Shown: positions 20,530 to 32,440, counted from the first letter of the stretch. The stretch is DNA of 64,000 bases from an uncultured Gammaproteobacteria bacterium (GCA_943788005.1 CALSOP010000002.1:989389-1053388), one strand, 5' to 3'. Made by a program: numbers and translations. Notes: generated by a model not told the origin, from the letters alone.

Positions 20530-21689
20530 GAGAGAGTTAACGGTGGTAAATGACCTGGCAGTTTATGCCGCACACTCGGAAAGATCGAAAGGGCGAATTT
20601 ATAAGGACGATGGAGCTGCTTATCGTAATCAGTATCAACGTGACCGTGATCGCATCATTCACTCCTCTGCATTTAGACGTCTTGAATATAAAACACAGGT
20701 CTTTGTAAATCATGAAGGCGATATGTTTCGTACTCGCCTAACACATTCTATTGAAGTCGCTCAAATTGGTAGAACAATAGCACGGGCGTTGAACGTTAAT
20801 GAAGATTTAACAGAAGCAATATGCCTAGCACATGATCTTGGGCATACTCCGTTTGGACATGCAGGTCAGGATGCGCTTAATGCATGCATGAAGGAATATG
20901 GTGGTTTCGAACATAACCTGCAATCTATTAGAATTGTTGACCATTTAGAGAAACGTTATGCAAGTTTTCCTGGTTTGAATCTAACATTTGAAACACGGGA
21001 AGGTATTTTAAAGCATTGTTCACGGAATAATGCTTTAACGCTGGGAGAGTTAGGCGAACGTTTTATTAACAATGAAAAGCCTGGCATCGAAGCGCAAATA
21101 GCAAACATAGCTGATGAGATTGCCTATAACAACCACGATATAGATGACGGTTTGCGAGCAGAGTTGCTTAATATTGAAGCGCTGAGAAATTGTGAATTAT
21201 TCAATAGTCCACCATGAAAGCGTTACACATAAATGGACAGGCTTAACGGATAGTCGATTACGACATGAAATTATCAGAAGAATGATAAATTATGTTGTAA
21301 GCGATTTGATCAAGACTAGTGAAAATATGATAGATGAAATTAAGCCTAGCGACATTGAACAAGTCAGAGAGTGTGGCAAATCGCTAATTAAAATGAGTGA
21401 TGCTACAGAGTCTATGCATAAGGCCTTAAAAAAGTACTTGCGAGTAAACTTATATCAGCATGAACGAGTCATGAGTATGGCTAATAAAGCAAAAGAAACA
21501 GTTAGTTTCTTATTTAATGCTTATATGGAAGATTCAGATTTACTGACTAACGAATTACAATCTTCTTTAAATGAGGCTAAAGATTTTGAAAATAAGAATG
21601 TAGTCGCGAGAGTTGTTGCTGATTATATTGCAGGGATGACAGACCGTTTTGCATTTTCTGAAGCGGATAGAATTAGAAATATCGTATAA
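20528..21689 (+). pseudogene. dgt: dGTP triphosphohydrolase-like HD-domain protein, frameshifted
   Basis: ORFs 20528-21217 and 21192-21689 together give a full-length dGTPase-like protein (HD motif [12 protein letters not shown]). The frame break is near 21200. Confidence 0.8.
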
Positions 21690-21742
21690 TTGAAGATGAT
21701 TTATAAGTATTAATTTCATAGATGAAATAGTTTATCAGGCTT

Positions 21743-23266
21743 ATGACAAATCAAAATCAAAATCAAAAAACCAATCTCAACTTTATAACGCCAGAGTTGA
21801 CTCATCGTGTTGAGCTGATATTGCATTTGCTTGAGTATAGTAACCATCTAGTCATCGTCAAAGGAGAACATGAGTCAGGCAAGACGACCCTGTGTGAAGA
21901 GTTATCTAGACAGGAAGAGACGAACTTAATTATAAGAAAACTGACTGCAAATACGCATACAAGCAGCAATGATATTTGTAAGGCAATTATTGAGAGTGAT
22001 AGTAATGATGAGCCGCAAAATACAACCTACGACCAAGCCTCATTAAACCAGTGGCTAGAGCGCTGCCAAAACAAACAGCAAATCCCGGTTTTGTTAATCG
22101 ATAATGTTGATCTCTTTAGCGATGATTTAATAAATCAATTACTCGATATATTAGTAAGTTCGAATTCAGCCGCTGTTCTGCATCTTTGTTTATTTTGTGA
22201 TCCATCATTCTTAAAGCAACTGGAAGAACCAGGGATTAATCATGATGATACGCGGAGCTTACATATAATAGAAATGCCAGGCTTGAGTGAGAAACAAACT
22301 GAACAATATATTCACTATAAATATCCAGAAGGCGCTACGACACATTTAAACTTGTTTGATGATAAAACGATTAAACAAATTCATCGGATCTCACATGGAA
22401 TGCCGGGGAGGATTAATGCCTTATGTGAGCAATATCTGAATGACCCGGCAAAGAAAGCAGTTCCGAACGAAGACAAACCATCATCATTGAATATCAAAGT
22501 ATTCCTGCTAAAGAATAAATCAATCTTGATAATTGGGATTTTTTTATTAATCCTGTCGACTGGTATAGCGACGCTATTACATAAGACAGATAATGAAGAA
22601 GTCGAAACTCAAACGATTAAATTAAATTTACCCAAAGTAAACAAGGAAAAGAATGGTCAGTCAGAAGTATTAAGTTTGAAGAAGCCTTCAATTCCTGAGC
22701 CGGCACCCGAAACAGAGCCAGTGACTATAGAAGATCTATCTCCGCCAGTCATACCCGAGATGATAGATGATCTAAAAAATGAAAGTGAAGTAACTGTTTA
22801 TAATTCAGAGGGACGAATAGTTGCTAAAGAATCAGATTTTACAGAAATAATTCCTGATAAAGAAAGTGAACAAGTGACTATTGAGAGTGAAGCGCCTGCA
22901 CAGGTTGAACAGATTGCGGAAACTATAATTGAACCTGAACCTGGACCTGTCGTGAAACCAGCAGAGTCTGTTGTTCATGATATCAATTGGTTAATAAAAC
23001 AAGACTCCAACAAATATGTATTGCAGTTAATTGGGGCATATGAAAAAGAAACTATAAACCTTTACCTAAAATCGTTTAAAAATGGCGATGACAAGATAAT
23101 TCCTTTCAACGCTTCAAATAACGGTAAGGAATGGCATGTGCTGGTCTATGGGCTATATGACAATCGGGATGATGCCGTTGCCGCTATAGATAAACTACCC
23201 ACAAAAGCGAAGTTGATGGCGCCGTGGCCCAGAACCGTCGGAAGCATTAAAGATCTGTTGAAATAG
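21743..23266 (+). CDS. AAA-ATPase / SPOR-domain membrane protein (DamX / PA5037 position)
   Basis: 507 aa. N-terminal P-loop GEHESGKTTL and LLIDNVD, a central TM segment, an acidic Pro/Glu-rich linker and a C-terminal SPOR-like domain. Lies between aroB and gltB like PA5037 (from memory). Confidence 0.7.
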   Translation: MTNQNQNQKTNLNFITPELTHRVELILHLLEYSNHLVIVKGEHESGKTTLCEELSRQEETNLIIRKLTANTHTSSNDICKAIIESDSNDEPQNTTYDQASLNQWLERCQNKQQIPVLLIDNVDLFSDDLINQLLDILVSSNSAAVLHLCLFCDPSFLKQLEEPGINHDDTRSLHIIEMPGLSEKQTEQYIHYKYPEGATTHLNLFDDKTIKQIHRISHGMPGRINALCEQYLNDPAKKAVPNEDKPSSLNIKVFLLKNKSILIIGIFLLILSTGIATLLHKTDNEEVETQTIKLNLPKVNKEKNGQSEVLSLKKPSIPEPAPETEPVTIEDLSPPVIPEMIDDLKNESEVTVYNSEGRIVAKESDFTEIIPDKESEQVTIESEAPAQVEQIAETIIEPEPGPVVKPAESVVHDINWLIKQDSNKYVLQLIGAYEKETINLYLKSFKNGDDKIIPFNASNNGKEWHVLVYGLYDNRDDAVAAIDKLPTKAKLMAPWPRTVGSIKDLLK

Positions 23267-23618
23267 CAAATAAAAACGATATTTGTATAAATCTGTATGC
23301 CCATTCTAAAGCTATATATTCTCTTATATTCCTCTATAATACGATAAATATCGTTAATTTCCTCTTATTTCCCTTATTTTCGATATAAATATAAATCATC
23401 TGCTATTTATGTTGCACCGTGACATAAAGAAGGCTCTTTATTATAATTCGTTCCCCCTTTCAGTCAGGTGGGGGGAGGCTATAAGAAAATAATAATAATA
23501 AAGAAATTCTGGGATTATCTTGAATGCATATCCCTAGCTATCTCTAAATGACAATACTATCCACGATGTGAATCAAGTGAATAGAAAACCAACAAATAAA
23601 TAATTGAGTGATTTCAGT

Positions 23619-26600
23619 ATGAAGCAAGCACCAGAGCAACAGGGTTTATACGACCCTTCAACAGAACACGATGCCTGCGGCCTCGGTTTTGTTGCGCATA
23701 TGAAAGGACAGAAGTCCCATAAAATAATCGATGATGCATTAACTATCCTTAGAAATTTAATTCATCGTGGTGCCTGTGGCTGTGAAGAAAATACCGGTGA
23801 TGGTGTTGGTATATTGATACAAAAGCCACATAAATTCTTCCAGCGCGTCTGTGCTGAGATTAATATCGAACTACCTGATACCGATAGTTACGGCGCCGGC
23901 ATGGTATTTCTGCCAACCGAAGCAGCTCAATCGGTACAATGTCAGGAAATCTTTGAAAGAATTATAAAAGAAGAAGGTCAACAATTATTAGGTTGGCGTG
24001 AAGTTCCTATTGATGATTCATCTTTAGGTCCTACAGCGGTAGATGGCGAGCCGACCTTCAAACAAATTTTTATCGCAAAGAGTGAAGCGCTAGATTCAGC
24101 CGCGTTTGATCGTAAGCTGTATGTGATTCGCAAGCGTGCCGAAAACGAGATCTGGAATTCAGGATTGTCTGAACAGAATATGTTCTATGTGCCGTCCTTG
24201 TCCTATCGTACCTTTGTTTATAAAGGCATGCTTACCGGTTCTCAAATTGAACCCATGTTTCCCGAATTATCCGACCCTGATGTAGAGTCTGCATTAGCAC
24301 TAGTCCATCAACGTTTCTCAACCAATACCTTCCCAGCCTGGCGCCTGGCACATCCGTTTCGGTATGTTGCGCATAACGGTGAAATTAATACCGCACGTGG
24401 TAATGCCAACTGGATGCGTGCACGCGAAGCATTGTGCGAGTCCGATTTGTTTGGTGATGATTTAAAGAAACTGTTCCCTATCTGTATTGAAGGCGGCAGC
24501 GACTCTGCGACCTTCGATAATGTAATGGAATTCCTGCACATGTCCGGACGTCCATTGCCGCTCGCAGTTTTGATGATGATCCCTGAGGCCTGGTCTGGTC
24601 ACGAGACTATGGATGATGAACGGAAGGCATTCTATGAATATCATGCCAATCTAATGGAGCCATGGGATGGTCCTGCGTCACTCTCCTTTACCGATGGTGA
24701 AGTAATTGGTGCAGTTCTGGATCGAAACGGCCTGCGCCCATCACGTTACTATGTGACGCATGATGATATCGTTATTATGGCCTCCGAAGTAGGTGTGCTA
24801 GATGTCGCACCTGAAAATGTAAAGATAAAAGATCGCCTGCATCCGGGTCGTATCTTTATGGTCGATACCAAACAGGGACGCATCATTGATGATGAAGAAT
24901 TAAAGAAACAATTTACCAGCGAACATCCCTATGCCGAATGGTTAAAAAACAATCTTTTACCGGTTGAGAATCTACCGAACCCTAAACAGATACACGGTTC
25001 AAATCCCGATACCTTATTACAACGCCAACAGGCCTTCGGTTATACGCACGAAGATCTAAGATTGTTGATGGGACCCATGGCGGCAAAAGGTATGGAGCCG
25101 ACTGGCTCAATGGGTACCGATGCTGCGCTGGCGGTTTTATCAAATCGCTCACGTTTGCTATATGACTATTTCAAACAATTGTTTGCACAAGTAACCAATC
25201 CACCGCTGGATGGCATTCGCGAAAAGTTAGTGACACAGGTTGCAACGACTATCGGACCGGAAGGTAACTTATTAGAACCAACGCCTGAAAGTTGTCGACG
25301 TATCAAGATCAACTCACCGGTTATTACCAATGAAGAACTGGCAAAGATACGCGACGTAAATCTACCTGGTTTTAAAACCAAGACAGTCGATATTCTTTAT
25401 CCAGTTGCTGAAGGTGGCGCCGGTTTGGATAAGGCATTGGAAGCGGTCTACCTTGAAGTCGATCAAGCTATCGAAGACGGCTATAGCAATGTCATACTTT
25501 CCGATCGTGCTATCGATGCAACGAAGACAGCTATTCCTGCCTTACTCGCAACCGCTGGTGTGCATCATCATTTGATTCGCAACGGGAAACGCACCCGTGT
25601 TGGGCTGGTGCTTGAATCTGGAGAGCCCTAGAGAAGTACATCACTTTGCAGTACTGTTAGGCTACGGTGTAGGCGCAGTGAACCCTTACCTTGCATTCGA
25701 ATCTTTGGGTGACATGATTGGTAATGGACGCTTGCCTGAGATGGAACATGCAGTCGCCGTGAAGAATTTCATCAAGGCGGTCAATAAAGGCCTGATCAAG
25801 ACTATGGCGAAGATGGGTATCTCCACCGTACAGTCATATTGTGGTGCACAGGTATTCGAAGCAATCGGTCTTAATAAAGAATTTGTTGATAAATATTTTA
25901 CCTGGACGGCATCTCGTATCGGCGGCATCGGTATCGATGTTGTTGCTGAAGAAATGAATCAACGGCATCACAACGCCTTTCCGGATCGTGATGTGAAAGA
26001 GCCTGATTTGGAATGGGGCGGCGAGTACCAATGGCGACGTGACGGTGAGTATCATCTATTCAACCCCAACACCGTCTTCAAACTTCAGCATGCTACCCGC
26101 ACTGGTCAGTACAACATCTTTAAGGAATATACCGAACTCGTAAATAATCAGAGTGAAAACCTCGCTACCTTGAGAGGCCTGTTTGAGTTCAAGCAAGACA
26201 ATAAATCCATCCCGTTAGATGAAGTCGAACCGATTGAAAACATCATGAAGCGTTTTTCAACCGGCGCGATGTCTTTTGGTTCAATCAGTAAAGAAGCACA
26301 TGAAACCTTAGCAATAGCAATGAACCGAATCGGTGGTAAATCAAACACCGGCGAAGGTGGTGAAAATCCGGATCGTTTTACGCCAGATGCGAATGGCGAT
26401 CTAAGACGCAGTTCTATCAAGCAGGTAGCTTCCGGTCGTTTTGGCGTGACCAGTGAATACTTGGCCAATGCCGATGATATCCAGATCAAGATGGCGCAAG
26501 GCGCGAAACCGGGCGAAGGTGGACAGTTGCCAGGTTCAAAGGTCTATCCCTGGATCGCAGAAGTCAGACATTCCACCCCATGGGTAGAATTGATCTCACC

Positions 26601-28195
26601 ACCACCGCATCATGATATTTATTCGATAGAAGATTTGGCGCAGTTGATTCATGACTTAAAGAATGCCAATCCAAAGGCACGTATCCATGTGAAGTTAGTT
26701 GCTGAAGTCGGTGTCGGTACGGTTGCTGCCGGTGTGGCTAAAGCGCATTCCGATGTGGTTTTAGTTTCAGGTTATGACGGTGGAACCGGCGCGTCTCCGA
26801 TGAGCTCACTTAAACATGCTGGCTTGCCTTGGGAATTGGGCGTAGCCGAGACGCAGCAAGTCTTAGTCATGAACGGCCTGCGTGATCGTATCGTTGTGCA
26901 AACCGATGGGCAGTTAAAGACCGGACGCGATGTTGTTATCGCGGCTTTACTCGGTGCAGAAGAATTCGGATTCTCAACCGCGCCGCTCGTTGTATCAGGT
27001 TGTATCATGATGCGCGTCTGTCATTTAAATACCTGTCCGGTTGGGGTTGCCACACAGAATCCCTGAGCTCACGAAAGAAATTTGGCGGTCAGCCCGGAGT
27101 TTGTCGAAAACTTCTTTAAGTACATTGCTGAAGAAGTCACGCGAGTACATGGCTGAGCTGGGTTATCAGAACCGTCGACGAAATGGTCGGCCAAGTCGAT
27201 AGACTAGAAACCAGGAAAGCCGTCGATCACTGGAAGGCGGCTGGCCTCGATTTCTCCAACATATCCTTTTGCACAAGCCGGCTCCGCGTCCAGGCGATGC
27301 GATTTCATTGTGTGAATGAACAGGACCACGGACTGGAACAGTCATCTCGACATGACCAAGCAATGGTGCCATTGATGTAAGGAGGCGTTGGATAGCAAAA
27401 AGCCTGTCGACATTATCCTGCCGGTTCTAGAACACCGATCGTACACCGTAGGCACGATCCTCGGTTACAACATCACCACAGCGCTACGGCGCGGAAGGTT
27501 TGCCTGAAGACACGGTCAACATTCATTTCAATGGATCGGCCGGCATGAGCTTTGGTGCTTTTGTGCCCAAAGGTGTGACCATGACCCTGGAAGGTGATTC
27601 GAATGATTACATCGGCAAAGGACTTTCTGGTGGTAAGATTATTGTCTATCCACCACGCAAATCATCCTTTGTCGCAGAAGAAAATACCTTAGTCGGAAAT
27701 GTTGTGCTCTATGGTGCAACTCAAGGCGAGGCCTATTTCCGAGGTCTTGCTGGCGAACGCTTCTGTGTACGTAATAGTGGTGTCAATACAGTAGTTGAAG
27801 GTGTCGGTGACCATGGTTGTGAATATATGACCGGTGGACGTGTTGTTATTATCGGTAAGACCGGACGCAACTTCGCAGCGGGTATGTCAGGCGGCATCGC
27901 TTATGTGCTCGATGAAGACGGCGACTTTGAGATTCATTGCAATAAAGGCATGGTTAATCTCGAAGCGATAGAAAGTGCAGAAGATGTTCAGCTAGTTAAA
28001 GGTCTGCTGACCAAACATGTGCAATACACACAAAGTACCGTTGCTGAAAAGATTTTAGACAACTGGAACGAATACCAAACTAAATTTGTAAAAGTCATGC
28101 CGAAACAATACAAACGCGTATTAGAAGCTATTAAACGTGGTAAAGAAAAAGGCCTGTCTGAAGAAGAAGCCATTATGGAGGCAGCCAATGGGTAA
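23619..28195 (+). pseudogene. gltB: glutamate synthase large subunit GltB, multiply frameshifted
   Basis: Pieces at 23619-25631 (amidotransferase, N-terminal CGLGF), 25597-27066 (FMN/central domain) and 27500-28195 (GXGXG C-terminal domain). There is one break near 25629 and a cluster of breaks at 27066-27500, where the conserved sequence is readable only by hopping frames. Confidence 0.9.
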
Positions 28196-29630
28196 ACCAA
28201 CTGGGTTTATGGAACACGGTAGGGCGAAACAACCTTACCGACCTGTAGCAGAACGTGTACAAGACTGGAAACAGGTCATGCAACCCTGGCCGGTTGCACC
28301 ATTAAAAGAACAGGCCTCACGTTGTATGGACTGCGGTATTCCGTTCTGCCATCAAGGTTGCCCGTTGGGCAACATGATCCCGGACTGGAACGATCTGGTC
28401 TATCGCGATCAATGGCAAGATGCGATCAAGCGCTTGCATGCCACGAACAACTTCCCGGAATTCACCGGCACGTTATGCCCGGCGCCGTGCGAAGGCGCCT
28501 GCGTGCTTGGTATCAACGATGACCCGGTGACCATTAAAGCCGTCGAGCTGTCCATTATCGATAAGGCCTGGGAGAACGGTTGGATTAAACCGGAAATCCC
28601 GGAAAAGAAAACCGGCAAGAAAGTCGGTGTGATTGGTTCCGGTCCGGCAGGTATGGCCGCGGCGCAGCAACTCGCGCGCGCCGGACATGACGTCACCTTG
28701 TTTGAACGAGATGATCGTATCGGTGGTTTAATGCGCTACGGTATCCCTGAATTCAAGATGGAAAAGAGTCGTCTTGATAGGCGCATGGAACAGATGGCAG
28801 CAGAAGGCGTGACCTTCAAACCAAATAGCCATATCGGTATTGATATCGATGCGACAGAATTAAAGAAAGAGTTTGATGCATTAGTTTTAAGCGGTGGCGC
28901 CAGTCAACGACGCGACTTGCCGATCCCCGGACGTAAGTTAAAAGGTATCTACCAAGCAATGGAATTCCTGCCACAGGCAAATAAGCTCTGCATGGGCGAT
29001 ACCATTCCAGAAGATGAATTGATCAATGTAAAAGGGAAACACGTGATCATCATCGGTGGTGGTGATACCGGTGCGGATTGTATCGGTACTTCGCATAGAC
29101 AAGGCGCAGCTTCAGTGACTTCACTGGAAATCATGCCGAAGCCACCAAGATCACGCGCAGATGATAACCCCTGGCCACAATGGCCGTTCATCTACCGCAC
29201 TGCGTCAGCCCACGAAGAAGGTGGCGAGCGCGTTTATTCTGTGCAAACGAAAAGATTTCATGGTGATGCTGACGGTAACGTAACTGAGTTGGAGCTCACC
29301 AAGGTTGAGATACAACGCGAAGCTGGGCGCATGCAGTTCAATGACGTCCCGAACAGCAAAGAAATGCTCAAAGCAGATTTTGTTTTTCTGGCAATGGGTT
29401 TCACCGGCGCAGAAAAGGAAGGTTTGGTCGAACAACTCGGTATTGATTTAAATGACCGTACTAATGTCTGGCAAGAAAACTGGCAAACGAATGTAGAAGG
29501 TGTGTTTGTTGCTGGCGATATGCAACATGGTCAGAGTTTGATTGTATGGGCGATTGCTGAAGGCAGAAGTGCGGCAAAAGCCGTAGACGAATATTTAATG
29601 GGGAGCAGTGATTTACCTGCACCTGTTTAA
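28188..29630 (+). CDS. gltD: glutamate synthase small subunit GltD
   Basis: Probable start is [12 protein letters not shown] at 28188, overlapping the gltB stop. Fe-S Cys cluster CMDCGIPFC and FAD/NAD motif [10 protein letters not shown] are present. The gene is intact. Confidence 0.9.
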   Translation: MGKPTGFMEHGRAKQPYRPVAERVQDWKQVMQPWPVAPLKEQASRCMDCGIPFCHQGCPLGNMIPDWNDLVYRDQWQDAIKRLHATNNFPEFTGTLCPAPCEGACVLGINDDPVTIKAVELSIIDKAWENGWIKPEIPEKKTGKKVGVIGSGPAGMAAAQQLARAGHDVTLFERDDRIGGLMRYGIPEFKMEKSRLDRRMEQMAAEGVTFKPNSHIGIDIDATELKKEFDALVLSGGASQRRDLPIPGRKLKGIYQAMEFLPQANKLCMGDTIPEDELINVKGKHVIIIGGGDTGADCIGTSHRQGAASVTSLEIMPKPPRSRADDNPWPQWPFIYRTASAHEEGGERVYSVQTKRFHGDADGNVTELELTKVEIQREAGRMQFNDVPNSKEMLKADFVFLAMGFTGAEKEGLVEQLGIDLNDRTNVWQENWQTNVEGVFVAGDMQHGQSLIVWAIAEGRSAAKAVDEYLMGSSDLPAPV

Positions 29631-29693
29631 ATATTGAGGTGGCAGAGTAATGCAGGAACAATTACCGAGCGACCTTCCTGCAGTCTAAATTAA

Positions 29694-29719
29694 ATGCCGC
29701 GTATATCGCGGCATTTTTT
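29694..29719. terminator. hairpin terminator between convergent gltD and decarboxylase genes
   Basis: ATGCCGCG-ATAT-CGCGGCAT followed by TTTTT. It is flanked by an A-run on the other side, so it is potentially bidirectional. Confidence 0.55.
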
Positions 29720-29734
29720 ATGAACGATTTAAAA

Positions 29735-30877
29735 TCACAATACGATAAATTTAGCTTCTTTGAGTAAATTAAATCGGGTTCGTGTAGCGGCGGTATAAGC
29801 GCCCATTTGATGGCCGATGATGAAATCGCCGATCTTTAATTCTGGCAGTTCAATCTGCTCATCAATAATATCAATACTGTCACACGTCGGTCCTGCCAGT
29901 ACGCTAGGTGACGTTTCACCCTCTTTAAGAACCTGTAAGGGATACTCCGCGTGATCAAATATTTTGCCACTGAATGAGCCGTAAACACCATCATCCAGAT
30001 AATACCAAGGCATACCATAGCGCATGGATTTCCCAATGATTGTTGTTACGCAAGTCACAGCTGGCGCAATCAGATAACGACCCGGTTCGGCATAGATATG
30101 CCAGTCTTCCGGTAAGCTGGCTAATGCGTCTCTAATAGGCTGACAAAATTTCATGATATCGATTGATTGCAAGGCATAGTTACCAGGAAAACCGCCGCCT
30201 ATATCAAGAATGGATAATGGTGCTTTTGCTTTCTGATTTAATTCCAGCATCATGTCGCGACAACTCTGAATAGCAGCGACATGTTTGTCGGACGTTTCAA
30301 CTTGTGACCCAACATGAAAGGATAAACCCTTAATATGTAAACCTAGTTGTTCAGCTTGAAAAATTATGTTGGCAACTTCATCTTCAGTACAACCAAACTT
30401 TTTTGAAAGATCCACTTTCGCATTTTCACTGCGAAAACTTACTCGAAGTAAAATACCAATACGTCCGCGATAGGGCTGAAGTTTTTTTAATTCATCCAGA
30501 TTGTCGATGACAAAGGTCGTAGAACCAAAGCGTAGTGCATCACGAATGTCTTTATCACTTTTAATAGGATGTGTGTGAATTGTGCGTCTTCCACCTACCT
30601 TTAAACCAAGTAATATGTCGAGCTCGCCGGAAGAAGCGACATCAAACCCGGCATCCAATTCATCTATCACTTTCAATACATCAATTTGAGGCAAGGCTTT
30701 AATTGCATAAAATAAATCAACATTCGGTAATGCTTGTTGTAGCGAACGATACTGTTGTTTTAATTTTGAAGAATCAAAAAGCAGTAGAGGAGAGCCGTGC
30801 TTTTCTACTGACGATTGATAGAATCGACAATCATCCTCGCTTGCGCCGTAGATAACCGTTCTTGCTGTAGTAGTCAA
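29735..30877 (-). CDS. alanine-racemase-fold (group IV) PLP decarboxylase, ornithine decarboxylase-like
   Basis: 380 aa. PLP-Lys context FYAIKALP, DIGGGFPG, GPTCDSID. It is the last gene of the speH-speE-decarboxylase string. Confidence 0.75.
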   Translation of the reverse strand: MTTTARTVIYGASEDDCRFYQSSVEKHGSPLLLFDSSKLKQQYRSLQQALPNVDLFYAIKALPQIDVLKVIDELDAGFDVASSGELDILLGLKVGGRRTIHTHPIKSDKDIRDALRFGSTTFVIDNLDELKKLQPYRGRIGILLRVSFRSENAKVDLSKKFGCTEDEVANIIFQAEQLGLHIKGLSFHVGSQVETSDKHVAAIQSCRDMMLELNQKAKAPLSILDIGGGFPGNYALQSIDIMKFCQPIRDALASLPEDWHIYAEPGRYLIAPAVTCVTTIIGKSMRYGMPWYYLDDGVYGSFSGKIFDHAEYPLQVLKEGETSPSVLAGPTCDSIDIIDEQIELPELKIGDFIIGHQMGAYTAATRTRFNLLKEAKFIVL

Positions 30878-30894
30878 TTAGTCGAGCCAGTCAT

Positions 30895-31737
30895 TTAATC
30901 GAGTTGATTAACAATATATTGTGGTAAAGCGAACGAAGCAAGATGTATCGCTGGATTATAATAACGGGTATTCAGCTTGGCTTCTTTAAAACGTTGTTCA
31001 AGTATTTCAAGAGAGACTTGTCGTAGTTCAACATTATTACTTGCCCAGGCTAGCGTCATGAGTCCACCGTAATAAGTAGGTACTGCAACAGTATAAAATG
31101 TGGCGTCAGTGAAATGTTGGCCTAATCGTTGATGCGTGTTTTTGACTTCTTCGATTTGTAAAAATGGAACGCCGTTTTGTGTGACAATAACACCATCTTC
31201 GTTAAGACAGTTTTTGCAATGCGCATAAAAATCTTCAGTGAACAATACTTCGCCAGGGCCAATCGGATCAGTACCATCAACAATAATCACATCAAACTTT
31301 TCTGAACAGTCTTTAACAAATGCCATACCATCATCAATAATGATGTTGGCTCTTGGATTATCATATGCAGAATCAGAATGCTTGGGTAAATACTCAACGG
31401 CCATATCAATAACCGCTTTATCAATTTCAACCTGTGTTACATCGATGGCGTCATGTTTTAGTACTTCACGCAAAATACCACCATCACCGCCACCAATAAT
31501 CAGCAACTTCTTAACAGCACCATGGGCCAGTATAGGCACATGCGTTAGCATTTCATGATACATAAACTCATCAGCTTCAGTAGTCTGCACGATGCCATCA
31601 AGTGTCATCACGCGACCCAACATGGCATTATGAAAGATCATTAAATGCTGATGATCCGTTTTTTGTTCAAAGTACATTTTATCAACGCGAAACTCCTGAC
31701 AGATGGCGTCGTACAAAGTCTCTTTAAAATATTTCAT
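30895..31737 (-). CDS. speE: spermidine synthase
   Basis: 280 aa. Signature IIGGGDGGILRE and VDGTDPIGPG. Confidence 0.9.
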   Translation of the reverse strand: MKYFKETLYDAICQEFRVDKMYFEQKTDHQHLMIFHNAMLGRVMTLDGIVQTTEADEFMYHEMLTHVPILAHGAVKKLLIIGGGDGGILREVLKHDAIDVTQVEIDKAVIDMAVEYLPKHSDSAYDNPRANIIIDDGMAFVKDCSEKFDVIIVDGTDPIGPGEVLFTEDFYAHCKNCLNEDGVIVTQNGVPFLQIEEVKNTHQRLGQHFTDATFYTVAVPTYYGGLMTLAWASNNVELRQVSLEILEQRFKEAKLNTRYYNPAIHLASFALPQYIVNQLD

Positions 31738-31746
31738 GATGTTTTA

Positions 31747-32217
31747 TCAGGTGTTATTAGTCGTATTGATTCCACGAAGCATTTCATTCACATTCAATTG
31801 CGTAGGTTTGAATGCTTCTTTTAAAACAGGAATGGTTTTTTCAGGTTTGGCAGCGCCACACATGAAAATATCAAAAGCCGCGAAGCTCCGTTCAGGCCAA
31901 GTGTGAACACTTATGTGCGATTCCGCCAGTACAGCGACGCCTGAAATACCATAGTTAGGTGTGAAATGATGAAGATGAATATGAAGTAATGTGGCATCAG
32001 CCGCTGCAACCGCCGCCTTCATGGCATCTTCCATCAAGGTAAGATTATCAAGATTACTCGCGCCCCATAAATCCAATATCAGGTGAGTGCCAGCATATTC
32101 AATTCCATCACGCTGGATGAAATGATCTTGAGTGATTGTCTGGCCATCTTTCTCTTGATGATGAGTAGGCCAATCCGATTGTGTTTCAATAAACGTAACG
32201 ACAGTGTCTTGCGTCAT
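31747..32217 (-). CDS. speH: S-adenosylmethionine decarboxylase proenzyme (short, pyruvoyl, SpeH type)
   Basis: Self-cleavage/active-site motif LAESHISVHTWPE. Probable start is MTQDTVV at 32217; the ORF is open to 32262. Confidence 0.8.
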   Translation of the reverse strand: MTQDTVVTFIETQSDWPTHHQEKDGQTITQDHFIQRDGIEYAGTHLILDLWGASNLDNLTLMEDAMKAAVAAADATLLHIHLHHFTPNYGISGVAVLAESHISVHTWPERSFAAFDIFMCGAAKPEKTIPVLKEAFKPTQLNVNEMLRGINTTNNT

Positions 32218-32440
32218 TAACGCCGTCCTCCAAAAAGTTAGTAAGAGATGCCAATACACCAACTCTTAGAAGACTACCCTAGAGAGTGATGCCTATTTAG
32301 CGGTAAAACATAAAATCCCCAAGGATTATTAAAGTACAGCGAATTTTACGTAAAAATCCACTAAAAACAATATAAATAATTACTAATATTTCTATAAAAT
32401 ACAGTGACTTATAAAGGAGTATAAAAGAAGCTCAGGAAAG

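Noticed and set aside
23341-23354. Palindrome ACGATAAATATCGT and a CCCCC/GGGGG hairpin (about 23455-23478) in the 340-bp gltB upstream region
   Set aside because: They are short AT-rich or weak structures with no recognisable Lrp/NtrC/sigma-54 consensus and no second copy. That is insufficient to call a regulatory site.
28137-28187. N-terminal extension of the gltD ORF ([17 protein letters not shown])
   Set aside because: It lies inside the gltB C-terminal coding region in another frame. The conserved GltD sequence starts at MGKPTGF (28188).
32273-32279. Single CTACCCT heptamer between speH and the Fae-like gene
   Set aside because: It is in the opposite orientation and has no partner box at the expected spacing. 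A lone 7-mer is expected several times by chance in 64 kb.
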